Shown: positions 50,357 through 62,147 of the stretch, one piece after another | Numbering within the stretch: position 1 is the stretch's first letter | How the letters are laid out: each line of letters starts with the position of its first letter | From: an uncultured delta proteobacterium | GTDB taxonomy: Bacteria; Myxococcota_A; Polyangia; Polyangiales; Polyangiaceae | Length of the DNA: 64,000 nt | Assembly: GCA_963806225.1 (NCBI GenBank) | Contig: CAWDXG010000004.1 | Coordinates: 3,296,001-3,360,000 of the forward strand | Direction of reading: 5' to 3' | Translations under genes and position numbers: made by a program | The notes under the pieces: generated by a model | Database searches by the model: none | What the model was told of the DNA's origin: nothing | The model's input: only the letters and a program-made list of their open reading frames with translations

Positions 50357-52675
50357 CTAGCGGTCCTGGGCAAGCAGCGCTTCCACCTGCGCGATGTCGA
50401 ACGGCTTCTCCAGGTGCGGCCCCTCGTAGCTCTCGAGAAACTCCCGCGCCCGCTCGGTGAATGCGCCTCCCGTCATGAAGACGAAGCGCCGCGCCAGCTC
50501 CGGGTCGGCGTCCCGGATCTGTTCGTAGACGGCGATGCCGCTGATATCCGGCATCATCAGGTCGCAGAGGACGAGGTCGAAGTTCTTGTCCTCCGAGAGG
50601 CGCGAGAGCGCCTCACTGCCGCTGGTCACCACGACGATGTCGTGCCGCGCCGTGAAGGCGAGGCGCAGCGTCTGGCCCAGCAGTGGCTCGTCGTCGATCA
50701 CGAGGATGCGCTTGCCGCTGGCGACGTCGGGTGCTCTCTGCCGGGCACGCTCGCTCGGGGCCTGCTCCGGAGCGACCGGCAGCTCCACGCGGAAGCGACT
50801 TCCTTTCCCCGGCTCGCTCTGGGCGCTGATGCTGCCTCCGAGCGCGGTCACGATGCCGTGACAGATGCTGAGCCCGAGCCCCGTACCGACCCCCATCGGT
50901 TTGGTCGTGTAGAACGGCTCGAAGATGCGGCGCAGGTCCTCGTCGGGAATGCCCGAACCGGTGTCCTCCACGTCCACGCGCACCTTCCCCTTGCCCGACG
51001 AGGTGACGATGCGGATCTCGCTCTTGTCGGCCTGCCCCTCCGGGATGGCCTGCGCCGCGTTGACCAGCAGATTGACGAACACCTGTCCGAGCCGCGCCTG
51101 ATCGGCGAGCACCGCCGGTACTCCGCCGTAGTTCTTGACCAGACGGGCGCGGTGCCGGATCTCGTTCCACACCAGATTCACGCTGGAGTCGAGCACGCCT
51201 TCCACGTCGACCGCGATCGGTTCGTCCGACTCGGCGCGCGAGAACGTCATCAGATCGCGCACGATGATGCGCACGCGGTCGGCGCCGTCGTGTGCGTTCC
51301 CCAGGCAATCCGAGAGCGCGCGGAGCGTGGCGCGTACATCCGGTTCGTCACCAACGATCTGTCCCAGACTATCCACATGCCGGGCGCATAGATCCATGCT
51401 GCCGAGCACATAGGCCAGCGGATTGTTGATCTCGTGGGCAACCCCCGCAGCCAGCGTGCCCACCGAAGCCATGCGGTCGGCCTGCGCCAGGCGCGCGGCC
51501 AGCTCTTTGCGTTCTGACAGATCGCGCGCGAAGAGCAGCACCGCTGGCTCGCCGTCGAAGTCGATCGGCAGCGTCGCGATCTCGACCCAGAGCCCGCTGC
51601 CGTCGCGCCGAAGCAGCTGTTTCTCCCGCGGCGGGATGGGCTGCCAGGAGGCCAGCATGACGCGCGTGTGCTCGTTGAACTGTTCGCGGTAGTCCGGATG
51701 GATCAAGTCGCGGATGTCGCGGCCGAGCAGCTGCTCCTGGTCGTCGAAACCGAGCTCGGACACGAACGCCGGATTGACGAACACCAGCCGGTCGTCGCGA
51801 TAGACCGCGATGCCGTCGGGCGCGGCCTCGATCAGTGTCCTGAAGGCGGCCTCGGAGCGGCGCACCGCGCGCTCGGCTTCCCGCCGATCGGTGATGTCCT
51901 CGACGATGCCGACGCCGCCGAGCGCTGCGCCCTGTTCCGACAGGACCGGAGCGAAGTCGACACGAACCGGCGTCACCTTCTGCGCGGTTACCGACCGGTA
52001 GTCGCCTTCGTAGTATGCGCGGTGGCCCTCGAGCGCGCGCCGCACCGACTCGGCGATACCGCGATCGGGCAGCGTTTCCATGTCCAGGCCGACCACAACG
52101 CGCCTGGACGAGCCGATGATGTCGACGAAGTTGTCGTTGCAGGCGGTGATCACCCCGCGTGCGTCGAAGTGGAAGATACCGAGCGGAGCGTTTTCGAAGA
52201 TGAGGCGCAGCGTCTCGTGCTGTGTGTCCTCGGGGGCTGCGGAAGGCGGCGCGTTGCTGTCGCCGACGAGATCCTCGCGGGTTGGCAGCTGCTCGGACTC
52301 GGTCAGATGCCTGAGACAGAAGACGTCCAGCTCGTCCGTCGAGACTGCGGCCCTGGCGGCAGAGAATTCCACATTGATCTCGACGCCGTCCTGGCGCAGC
52401 ACAGGAGCGCGCAGACCCGCGCCCCGTGCGTTCTGGCTGACCTCCACCACATGTCGATGGAAGCTCTGCCCGCCCATGCGCCGGAACCGCTTGGGAACGA
52501 TCGTCTCCAGCGGTCGCCCGAGGAGCTCGGCGCCGGACCAACCCAGCAGTCGCTCCGCAACCGGGTTCAGGTACACGATCCCCTCGGCCACGTTGCACGC
52601 GATCACCGGATCGGCCACCGCCGCCAGCACCAGCCGGATATCCTCGTCGTCGAGTGGCTTCGGGTCCCCCGCCAT
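50357..52675 (-). CDS. Hybrid triple-PAS sensor histidine kinase with receiver domain
   Basis: GTLAAGVAHEINNPL, NLLVNAAQA, DTGSGI, FEPFYTTK, GTGLGL; receiver VIDDE..CDLMMP..LEKPF. Confidence 0.9.
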   Translation of the reverse strand: MAGDPKPLDDEDIRLVLAAVADPVIACNVAEGIVYLNPVAERLLGWSGAELLGRPLETIVPKRFRRMGGQSFHRHVVEVSQNARGAGLRAPVLRQDGVEINVEFSAARAAVSTDELDVFCLRHLTESEQLPTREDLVGDSNAPPSAAPEDTQHETLRLIFENAPLGIFHFDARGVITACNDNFVDIIGSSRRVVVGLDMETLPDRGIAESVRRALEGHRAYYEGDYRSVTAQKVTPVRVDFAPVLSEQGAALGGVGIVEDITDRREAERAVRRSEAAFRTLIEAAPDGIAVYRDDRLVFVNPAFVSELGFDDQEQLLGRDIRDLIHPDYREQFNEHTRVMLASWQPIPPREKQLLRRDGSGLWVEIATLPIDFDGEPAVLLFARDLSERKELAARLAQADRMASVGTLAAGVAHEINNPLAYVLGSMDLCARHVDSLGQIVGDEPDVRATLRALSDCLGNAHDGADRVRIIVRDLMTFSRAESDEPIAVDVEGVLDSSVNLVWNEIRHRARLVKNYGGVPAVLADQARLGQVFVNLLVNAAQAIPEGQADKSEIRIVTSSGKGKVRVDVEDTGSGIPDEDLRRIFEPFYTTKPMGVGTGLGLSICHGIVTALGGSISAQSEPGKGSRFRVELPVAPEQAPSERARQRAPDVASGKRILVIDDEPLLGQTLRLAFTARHDIVVVTSGSEALSRLSEDKNFDLVLCDLMMPDISGIAVYEQIRDADPELARRFVFMTGGAFTERAREFLESYEGPHLEKPFDIAQVEALLAQDR

Positions 52676-52885
52676 CGGGTACAGGATAGAGGATTGCGGG
52701 CAAACCTCATAAACCCGGCTTGCGGGAACCACTGAGGCAGCGGTGCCTTTCTCCGCCAAGTGCGGCCAGTCGGCCGGGCACGATCAACGGGGCTCCCCTG
52801 CCGCCATCACACCTGATCGGCGCTTCGGGATTTTCCAGCTATCCGGGAACAGGCCGGGTAGTATGGCGCCACTCGGGGGTCTACC

Positions 52886-54995
52886 GTGACGACAGGCAGA
52901 ACCAGAGGCGGTTTCGGAGGCTCGAGAGAGCTGGGCAAGTACAAGCTTGTCAACGAGTTGGCCAAGAGCCAGCTCGGCGCGCTGTGGGCCGGCATGGGCA
53001 GCGACGCCGGCGAAGGCGGCGAGGCCCCGGTGTTCCTGGTGAGGCGTTTCGACACGAGCGTGATCGAGAACCCGGACCAGGTCGACAACCTGTCGGAAGC
53101 CGCCTGGTGGGCGATGGAGCACTCCCAGGACGAGATCGCCCGGACGCTCAACGTCGTGAAGACCGAGAGCGAACTCGGCATGGTGTACGCCTACAACGAG
53201 GGCGAGGTTCTGCGTGCGCTCCTGCGGCTCGCGACCTTCAAGCGCAAGCCATTCCCGGTTCCGGTGGCGCTCCGCATCGCGCTGGATGTGCTCCAAGCGC
53301 TCGCCACGGTCCGCGAGCAGGCCACCGAAGACCACATCGAGCTTTCCTGCGGCGGACTGTCTCCGGACAGCGTGCTCGTAGGCACGGACGGCAGGACGCG
53401 ACTGCTCGATGTCGGCGCGGCCGGAGTGCTGTGTGGCGCCGAGCGGGTGCTGAGAAACCCGGAGATGACAGCCTACGCCGCTCCCGAGCAGCTCGAGGAG
53501 ACACCGCAGGCCGGGGCGCGGGCCGACGTGTTCAGCAGCGGCATCCTGATCTGGGAGATGCTGCTCGGCAAGCGGCTGTTCGTCGGCTCCAACTACGCGG
53601 CCGTCTCCGCCAAGGTGGCGGAAGCGAAAGTCCCGCGACTGGACGCCGCCAAGCCGGTGGGCGGCGAGCCCATCCCGGAGGAAGTGGCCGATCTGGTCGC
53701 CCGGGCGCTGAAGCCCGACCCAGCCGAGCGCTTTGCCGATTGTCGCGAGCTTGTCGCTGCGATCGAGGCGCTGTCGAGCGAGCCGGCCGAACGCGAGGCC
53801 GTCGGAGAGATGGTGGACGCGCTGGACGGCAACGCGCTTGCGACGCGCCGCAAGGTCATCGACCGTGCGCGGGGTGTGCAGTCGCCGGCGGCAAAACCGA
53901 TCGCGAAACGCGCGCCGAGCCCCGTCGCGGCCCCGCCGAAGCCCACCTCGTCCCCCAATGCGGCGCCTGCGCCGCCCCAGCCTCCGCCGAAGCCAGGCCG
54001 TCGTCCGCCGCCGCCGCCGCGGGCGCGCATGGAGTCGCTGGACTCCGAGCTGCTCGAGCCGGCGGGCGACTCGGAGGCTCCCGGGTCCGCGGGCGTCGCG
54101 GTCGACGTGGAGCTCGATGCGCCTGGCGTCCCTTCCGAACGTCACGACAGCGGAGCCGGCGGACAAGGCAGCGACGACAGACGAGCAGCCTGCCGCGGAG
54201 GAGGGTGGCGACACCGGGACTGCCGAGGCAGGCGAGGGCGCGGATGGATCTGCGGGCGACGACGTGCCTCCGCCGCCGCCGGAAATGCGCGATGTACCTC
54301 TGCCGCCTCCGGGGCTGAGCGAACCCGCGCTGATCGAGGCGCTGACGAACGACTCGACACCGAAGCCCGAATCGACGGACGACGAAGCGGGCGGGAGCGA
54401 CGAAGCCGAGGCTGGCAAGGACGCGGACGACACCGGCTCCGGAGCGAAGGGGGCTGCAGCGGCTTCCAGCCCCGAAGCGAGCGCACCCGAAGCGAGCTCT
54501 TCGCCGGAGGCCGCGGCCACCGCGACCACGCTGGACGCGACCAGCGAGGACGCCGGTCCTACGCCGCAGTCAGACGTGGTCGCGCGGACGCAGCGCGCGC
54601 GCCGCGTCGTGGCCATGGTGATCGGAGGCCTGGCCGTGCTGCTGCTAGCCGGTCTGGGGATTTCGGCGCTGCGCGGCTCCGGAAAGCCGAAGCAGACCAG
54701 CTCCGCGGCAGCGCCGCCCCCTGCGGCGCCGAGCGAGACGGCGGCGGCCACCGCGAGCGAGACAACTCCCGCCGAAAGCGCCAGCGCCGAGCCCGAGCAG
54801 GCTGACGCCGGCAGCGAGGAAGCCGGGGACGCTGCGGCTGAAGCGGCTGCCGAAGACAGCGGGACGGCCGAAACCGCGCCTTCTGCCACGGAGGCGGAGA
54901 CCGCAGCTCCCGCGCCGCCGCCCAGGCCGATGGTCCGCCATCACTACAAGCCGCACCCGCGGCCGAAGCACAAGTTCACCCCATCGGGGATCTGA
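52886..54995 (+). CDS. Membrane Ser/Thr (Hanks-type) pseudokinase; one +1 frameshift at ~54123
   Basis: AYAAPEQ and ADVFSSGILIWEML retained; Gly loop, VAIK Lys and HRD degenerate (LAKSQLG, FLVRRF, SCGGLSPDSV), DFG reads DVG; acidic linker, TM and KFTPSGI tail in the second frame. Confidence 0.8.
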
Positions 54996-55009
54996 CCAAG
55001 GAGCAGGAC

Positions 55010-56065
55010 GTGGACATGCCGAGCACGAGGACACGAGGGGCCCTGGGCCGACTCGGCTCCGGTGCGCTGGTTGCGCTTTGCCTGGTCGCCGCTGCGCCCG
55101 CCGCGAGCGCAGCCGGCGCATCGCTGCAGTCGGCAACGCCAGCGCAGAAGAAAACCGCCGGCGAACGCTTCGGGGCCGGCATGCAGGCCTTCGACGCGAA
55201 CAAGTACGAGGAAGCGCTGAAGGCGTTCCAGGACTCGTACGACAGCGTCGCGAGCCCCAACTCGCACCTGATGGTCGCGCGGACCCTGGTGAAGCTGGGC
55301 CGGCTAGACGAGGCGTACGAGGAGTACGAAAAGACCCAGCGCGAAGCCGCAGAGGACGCGAAGCTCGACAAGAAGTACGAGAAGGCCGGCAAATCGGCGA
55401 CCGACGAACAGGACGCGCTGCGCTCGAAGATCGCCCTGCTCTCGGTCCAGGTGAACGGCGCTGGCGCCGGAGACAAGCTCACGGTCGGCGGCCGGGATAT
55501 CGATCAAGCGGACTGGTCACGCCCCGTGCCGGTCAAGCCCGGAAATGTCGACGTGGTGCTCCAATCGGCGAGCGGGAAGACAACTCGTAAGCAGGTCACC
55601 GCCGCGGCGGGCGGCAGCCCCACAGTGCAGATCGCAGCGACCACAGCGACGCCCGCCACCACCACGCCCCCCGGGACGCACGCCGAGGCATCCACCAGTG
55701 GCATCAACAAGCGCACGCTGGCCTACGTCGCCGGCGGCGTGGGAGCCGCCGGGCTCATCACCTTCGGCGTGTTCGGCATCCTGAACAATTCGAAGTACAG
55801 CAGCCTGAAGGACGCCTGCCCCAACAACTCGTGTCCACCCGGCAAGAAGAGCGACGCCGACGCCGGCCGCACGTACCAGACGGTCGCCAACGTCGGCCTG
55901 GTCGTGGGCATCGTGGGGCTCGCGGGAGGCGCGACGCTCTACTTCCTCAGCACGCGGGACGAGAAGAAAGACAGCCAGGCCGACACCGCCGGCAGGCGCG
56001 ACAGCACACCGGGAGTCGACGTGGGGCTCGGCTTCGGATCGGTGAACGTGCGCGGGAGTTTCTGA
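55010..56065 (+). CDS. Secreted TPR protein with PEGA-like beta domain and two C-terminal hydrophobic helices
   Basis: Signal peptide; YEEALKAFQDSY..SPN....ARTLVKLGRLDEAYEEY TPRs; PV.V.PG.V.V; ends VRGSF. Confidence 0.75.
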   Translation: MDMPSTRTRGALGRLGSGALVALCLVAAAPAASAAGASLQSATPAQKKTAGERFGAGMQAFDANKYEEALKAFQDSYDSVASPNSHLMVARTLVKLGRLDEAYEEYEKTQREAAEDAKLDKKYEKAGKSATDEQDALRSKIALLSVQVNGAGAGDKLTVGGRDIDQADWSRPVPVKPGNVDVVLQSASGKTTRKQVTAAAGGSPTVQIAATTATPATTTPPGTHAEASTSGINKRTLAYVAGGVGAAGLITFGVFGILNNSKYSSLKDACPNNSCPPGKKSDADAGRTYQTVANVGLVVGIVGLAGGATLYFLSTRDEKKDSQADTAGRRDSTPGVDVGLGFGSVNVRGSF

Positions 56066-56066
56066 C

Positions 56067-56660
56067 GTGCGCCTGGCGGGGGTGGCGGCGCTGGCCGCTC
56101 TGGTACTGGCGGGAGCATCCGGCTGCACGAACAGCTACGACCAGTTCGACTTCAACGGCAGCGCGCAGGGCGGCAGCGCCGGCGCGCAGGGCGGCAGCGC
56201 CGGCGCGCAGGGCGGCAGCGCCGGCGCGCAGGGCGGCTCGGGAGGGTCGGCGAGTTGCGGTGCAGGCCAGATGCAGTGCGGCGGCAGCTGCATCCCGACC
56301 GACAGCCTCCACAACTGCGGCGGCTGCAACAACGACTGCGACGCGCTGGGGCTCGAGTGTCTCGGCGGCGTGTGCGGCTGCAGCCAGAACAACCAATGCG
56401 GTCAGAGCGGCGGCAATCTGTGCCGCAACTCCGGGGTCTGCGAATGCGGGGGGCAGCGTTGCCGGCAGGGCGAGACGTGCCGCCAGCAGGGCGGTAACCA
56501 GCGCTGCAGCTGCGGCGGCAACCAGCGCTGCCAGTTCGGCGAGACCTGCTGCCAGACGCCGTCCGGGTGCTTCAACCTGCGAACGGATCGCAACAACTGC
56601 GGCGCCTGCGGCCACGCCTGTGCGGCAGGACACAACTGCGTGAACGGGACCTGCGGCTAG
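56067..56660 (+). CDS. Cys-rich lipoprotein
   Basis: GASGC lipobox; HNCGGC and DRNNCGACG motifs; starts 1 nt after the TPR gene. Confidence 0.75.
   Translation: MRLAGVAALAALVLAGASGCTNSYDQFDFNGSAQGGSAGAQGGSAGAQGGSAGAQGGSGGSASCGAGQMQCGGSCIPTDSLHNCGGCNNDCDALGLECLGGVCGCSQNNQCGQSGGNLCRNSGVCECGGQRCRQGETCRQQGGNQRCSCGGNQRCQFGETCCQTPSGCFNLRTDRNNCGACGHACAAGHNCVNGTCG
56161..56237 (+). repeat. 21-bp coding tandem repeat, ~3.7 copies (AQGGSAG)
   Basis: gcgcgcagggcggcagcgccg repeated. Confidence 0.85.
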
Positions 56661-56676
56661 CCCCCAGGTTCAAGGC

Positions 56677-58173
<1,497 letters not shown>

Positions 58174-58304
58174 CGCCGCATTGTGCGAGCGCCACCGGCC
58201 GGGGGCAACGAGAGCGAGGCCGCCGTTGACGGGAACCCACCCCTGGACTGGCCGGAACGCCCGATCAGACCACTATCGCGCATTTCTGCGCTGGATTGCA
58301 GTGC

Positions 58305-58333
58305 TTGACGAATTTCGCGCCGGGACCCACGCT
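58305..58333 (+). promoter_or_regulatory. Putative sigma-70-type promoter of the RpoH-like sigma gene
   Basis: TTGACG-N17-CACGCT. Confidence 0.35.
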
Positions 58334-58356
58334 TGCCGGACGCTCTCGAGACAACC

Positions 58357-59457
58357 GTGGCCACGAAGACCCAACGCAAACCCGCCAAGAAGCGCCCTTC
58401 GAAGAAGTCCTCGACCCGTTCCAGCACGGGACGCTCTCGAGCTACGACGAAGAGCAATGAGTCGGCGGAAGAATCCGGGACGGACGAGGACGATCTCGAC
58501 GACTCCGTGATCGAGGCGGACGGGGAGGTCGTCGACGAGTCCGCGTCTTCGTCACGCGGCGGCCGGAACGGCAGCAAGGCCCGCAAAGGCAACGAGCGCG
58601 CCCTGGCGCGCGTGGACAACCTGCAGGTGTACATGCGGGAGGTCCAGCGCCATGCCCTGCTCTCGCCCGAAGAGGAGCACGAGCTCGCGGTTCACTACGC
58701 CAAGACCGAGGACGTGCAGACCGCGGCGAAGCTCGTGACGGCCAACCTCAGGCTCGTAGTCAAGATCGCCTACGAGTACCGCCGCGCCTACCGCAACATG
58801 ATGGACCTCATCCAGGAGGGGAACATCGGCTTGATGCAGGCGGTCAAGCGCTACGACCCCTACCGCGGCGTCAAGCTGTCGAGCTACGCCGCGTGGTGGA
58901 TCCGCGCCTACATGCTGCGCTTCATCCTGAACAACTGGCGGATGGTGAAGATCGGCACCACGCAAGCGCAGCGCAAGCTCTTCTTCAATCTCAGCAAGGA
59001 GAAAGCGAAGCTCACCGCGATGGGCGTCGAGCCCACGCACGCCGAGATCGCCAAGCGGTTGAACGTCGAAGAGAAGGACGTGGTCGAGATGGACCGGCGG
59101 CTGTCGCGCGGCGATGCCTCGCTCGACGCCGCGGTAGGCGAGAGCGACGGCAAGCCCACCACGCGCATGGATCTGCTTCCCGCGTCGTCGGCGGGCCCCG
59201 ACAGCATCGCCGAAGGCACGGAGATCCAGGAGATCGTGCGCGAGCGCCTCGACGAGTTCAGAAAGACCCTGGGCGGCAAGGATATCGCCATCTTCGACAA
59301 ACGCCTGGTGGCGGAAGATCCGATGACCCTACAGCAGCTCGGCGACGAGTTCGGCGTCTCGCGCGAGCGCGTGCGCCAGCTCGAAGCACGGCTCACGGGA
59401 CGCCTGCGCGAGTTCCTGCGCGAGACACTGGGCGACGCGGTCGAGGTCGGCGGCTGA
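58357..59457 (+). CDS. rpoH: RpoH (sigma-32)-family RNA polymerase sigma factor
   Basis: [35 protein letters not shown], RpoH box [22 protein letters not shown]. Confidence 0.85.
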   Translation: MATKTQRKPAKKRPSKKSSTRSSTGRSRATTKSNESAEESGTDEDDLDDSVIEADGEVVDESASSSRGGRNGSKARKGNERALARVDNLQVYMREVQRHALLSPEEEHELAVHYAKTEDVQTAAKLVTANLRLVVKIAYEYRRAYRNMMDLIQEGNIGLMQAVKRYDPYRGVKLSSYAAWWIRAYMLRFILNNWRMVKIGTTQAQRKLFFNLSKEKAKLTAMGVEPTHAEIAKRLNVEEKDVVEMDRRLSRGDASLDAAVGESDGKPTTRMDLLPASSAGPDSIAEGTEIQEIVRERLDEFRKTLGGKDIAIFDKRLVAEDPMTLQQLGDEFGVSRERVRQLEARLTGRLREFLRETLGDAVEVGG

Positions 59458-59469
59458 GGCCGGCGGTCC

Positions 59470-60300
59470 GTGGCCCCACTGTTCGTCATCGGCACGCCGA
59501 TCGGCAACCTGGGCGACATCACGCTCCGGGCCATCGACACGCTGCGCGAGGTGAAGCACGTCGCGGCCGAGGACACGCGGCGCACGCGGCAGCTGCTCTC
59601 GCACCTGGAAGTCCACGGAAAGCACCTGGTAGCGCTCGACGCGCACGCATCGGAAAAGCGGATCGCGGGGCTCGTCAATCGGCTGGTCGCGGGCGAGAGC
59701 GTCGCGCTCGTCACCGACGCCGGCATGCCGTCGGTGAGCGACCCTGGCGCAGCATTGGTGCGCGCCGCCGTCGAGCGCGGCGTCGAGGTCACGGCGATCC
59801 CGGGGCCGAGCGCCGTCACCGCCGCCGTGGCGCTGTCGGGCCTGGTGGAGGGGCCGTTCCTGTTCCTCGGCTTCCTTCCGCGGCGGGGGCAGAAGCGGCA
59901 CGAGGCGATCGAGCGCATCGCCCGGAGCGTCGAGCCCGTGGTGTTGTTCGAGTCGCCCAACCGCACGCAGCACACGCTCGACGAGCTCGCCGGAGCCATG
60001 CCGGAGCGTCAGGCCAGCGTGTCCCGCGAGCTGACCAAGCTGCACGAGGAGACCGTGCGCGGCACGCTCGCGGAGCTTTCGACGCGCAGCGAATGGCGCG
60101 GCGAGATCGCGATCGTGCTCGGGCCGGGCGATGGCGAACGGGCGGAGGCGCCGGACGACGCCGCGCTTGACGCTCGCATCGGGGAGCTGCTCGCGGAGGG
60201 CGTTTCGCCGCGCAGCGTGGCGGACGAGCTGACAGCGTGGTCGCGCCGGCCGCGCCGCGAGGTGTACGCGCGGGTCCAGAAGCTACGGCGCGGACAGTAG
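59470..60300 (+). CDS. rsmI: 16S rRNA C1402 2'-O-methyltransferase
   Basis: TPIGNLGDITLRA, AEDTRRT, DAGMPSVSDPG, IPGPSA, FLGFLP, FESPNR, RELTKLHEE. Confidence 0.93.
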   Translation: MAPLFVIGTPIGNLGDITLRAIDTLREVKHVAAEDTRRTRQLLSHLEVHGKHLVALDAHASEKRIAGLVNRLVAGESVALVTDAGMPSVSDPGAALVRAAVERGVEVTAIPGPSAVTAAVALSGLVEGPFLFLGFLPRRGQKRHEAIERIARSVEPVVLFESPNRTQHTLDELAGAMPERQASVSRELTKLHEETVRGTLAELSTRSEWRGEIAIVLGPGDGERAEAPDDAALDARIGELLAEGVSPRSVADELTAWSRRPRREVYARVQKLRRGQ

Positions 60301-60307
60301 GTCGGCC

Positions 60308-60388
60308 CTACTCCTCGGTCGGATCCTCCACCCGGCCGATGAACAACAGCGTGCCCGTCAGCTTGTCGCGGATCACGAACAGGAACGC
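60308..60388 (-). pseudogene. 3' stub of a second serpin gene
   Basis: FLFVIRDKLTGTLLFIGRVEDP matches the serpin C-terminal signature and aligns to FLFFVRDENGTLLFMGQVTNP in the first serpin. Confidence 0.7.
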
Positions 60389-60447
60389 GAGATTCTCGAG
60401 CGGGCTCACCAACACCGGCGGCAACCGGCGTGCGGTACAATGCCCGC

Positions 60448-60876
60448 ATGCGGCATGGAAACAGCGTGGGGCTGGGCGTGGCAGCTGTGGCGGGCGTGCT
60501 GTTGTGCGCGGGTGCGACGTGGTCGCGGCCCGCACGAAGCGATGCGCCGTGTTCGGCCTGCAACCAGAGGGTGGCTGCGCTCGAAGTGCGAGTGGGGCGA
60601 CTGGAGAAACGCATGGCCGCCCTCCAGGCCCAGCTCGGCACTGCCAGGCCCGCGACATCCGGGGCGCCGGCCACGGCGAAGGCCGCGCCGCAAGGCCCCG
60701 ACAACGTGAAGGTCTATCCGCCCGTGGGCGGCTGCTCGCCGCCCTACAGCTTCGACGCGAAAGGGATCCAGAAGCCCAAGCCAGGCTGCGAGGACATCCA
60801 GAGCTCGCCGTGCGATCCGCCCTACGTGATCGACGCGGAGGGCCTGAGGCGCCCGAAGCCCGAGTGCCTGCACTAG
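60448..60876 (+). CDS. Small exported protein: coiled coil plus two C.PPY..D..G...PKP.C motifs
   Basis: TACAAT 6 nt upstream of ATG; hydrophobic N-terminus; internal duplication. Confidence 0.65.
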   Translation: MRHGNSVGLGVAAVAGVLLCAGATWSRPARSDAPCSACNQRVAALEVRVGRLEKRMAALQAQLGTARPATSGAPATAKAAPQGPDNVKVYPPVGGCSPPYSFDAKGIQKPKPGCEDIQSSPCDPPYVIDAEGLRRPKPECLH

Positions 60877-60928
60877 CGCTGTCGAAGGGCGGACAGCACA
60901 GCCGGCGAGAGCGACGTGACCTGCCGCA

Positions 60929-62113
60929 TCAGAACGCGACGCCATACGCCGCGCTCGGCCACAGCACGAGCCGCGTGCGGGGGAACGGAACGCTTGCAGC
61001 CAGGGCGAGCCCCAGCGAGTTGTGCGCGGCAAAGCTCCAGGCGAAGCCGAGCCGCGCCGCGACGAACAGCGGTCCCAGCCGGTCCACGGCATCCACGCGG
61101 ACGCCCTGGTCCGGCTGGTTCGGCGAGCTGCCGTCGAGGCACGCGGCGCTCGGCGTGCCCGTCGCGGCGCAGTCCCGTACCGACAGGGGCATCTTGACGT
61201 CCACGCGGGCGTAGCCGGCGCTTGCCGCGACGTAACCGCGCACAGCGGCGCCGGGCCCGCCGAGCCAATGGCGCGCGCCGAGCTCGACGTGCCACGGCGG
61301 GAAGCCGGGCCCCACGTCGCCGAACGCGCCGCCCGCGCGGGCAACAAGGGCGAAGCGAGGGCCCAGCGCCCAGGAGAACGTGACGAGCAGACGGTGCGCG
61401 CCGAAGTCGAGCCCGCCCCTGAACTTGTTGCCAACACGGGACGACGGAGCACCGTCGAAGCGACGGTCCGTGCCCGCGTAGTAGCAGGTGTAGCGGTCCT
61501 GCGCGCACACGTTGCTCGCGCCCGGGATCAGCGTGAGGTCCTGGACGACTTCGACGCCGAGCGTGAAGCGATCGAACGCTGCGGAGGCTCGCGCCTGGTG
61601 CGGTTCTGGCACGGGCCGTGGCGCAGGCGCGATCGCTCTGGGCTTCGCCTGCGCGGGCTTGGGCGACGGCGCGGGCTTGGGCGACGGCGCGGGCTTGGCC
61701 GACGGCGCGGGCTCCGGCGACGGCGCGGGCTCGCTCGCTCCAGACTCGCTGCTCCCGGGGCTCTGCAGCATCACGCTGGCCGCAGCGACGACGGCTCCGA
61801 ACAGCGCGGTGCAGTCCGCTTCGCTCGACTCGATCACCTGCCTGCCGCGGCGCGTACCATCCGACGAAACGGTCATCACCGCGCGCCAACTGGTCGCGTT
61901 GCCCGACAGCTCCACACCGAAGCGCTCCGGCGAAGAGCCCACAAACGGATCCCTGCCCAATCGCTTTTCGACCCGCTCGACGAACGCCTGACGCGAAGGA
62001 CACGCGGTTGCGCTGCCCCGCCGCGTGAAATCCAGGGCGTAGCTCTGCGCGTGTGCAGCTGGCGCCGCCGTCAGCGCGAAGACGGCCAGCGAACAGATCG
62101 TAGCGAGTCTCAT
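60929..62113 (-). CDS. Secreted protein in ECF cassette: N-terminal CP...C domain, Pro linker, probable outer-membrane beta-barrel
   Basis: Signal peptide AHA-Q; ACPS..AF..RV..RLGRDPF; (KPAPSP)n; ends AAYGVAF. Confidence 0.7.
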   Translation of the reverse strand: MRLATICSLAVFALTAAPAAHAQSYALDFTRRGSATACPSRQAFVERVEKRLGRDPFVGSSPERFGVELSGNATSWRAVMTVSSDGTRRGRQVIESSEADCTALFGAVVAAASVMLQSPGSSESGASEPAPSPEPAPSAKPAPSPKPAPSPKPAQAKPRAIAPAPRPVPEPHQARASAAFDRFTLGVEVVQDLTLIPGASNVCAQDRYTCYYAGTDRRFDGAPSSRVGNKFRGGLDFGAHRLLVTFSWALGPRFALVARAGGAFGDVGPGFPPWHVELGARHWLGGPGAAVRGYVAASAGYARVDVKMPLSVRDCAATGTPSAACLDGSSPNQPDQGVRVDAVDRLGPLFVAARLGFAWSFAAHNSLGLALAASVPFPRTRLVLWPSAAYGVAF

Positions 62114-62147
62114 GTCCGGTGAATGCACCGCAAGCGGCACAGCTTCA

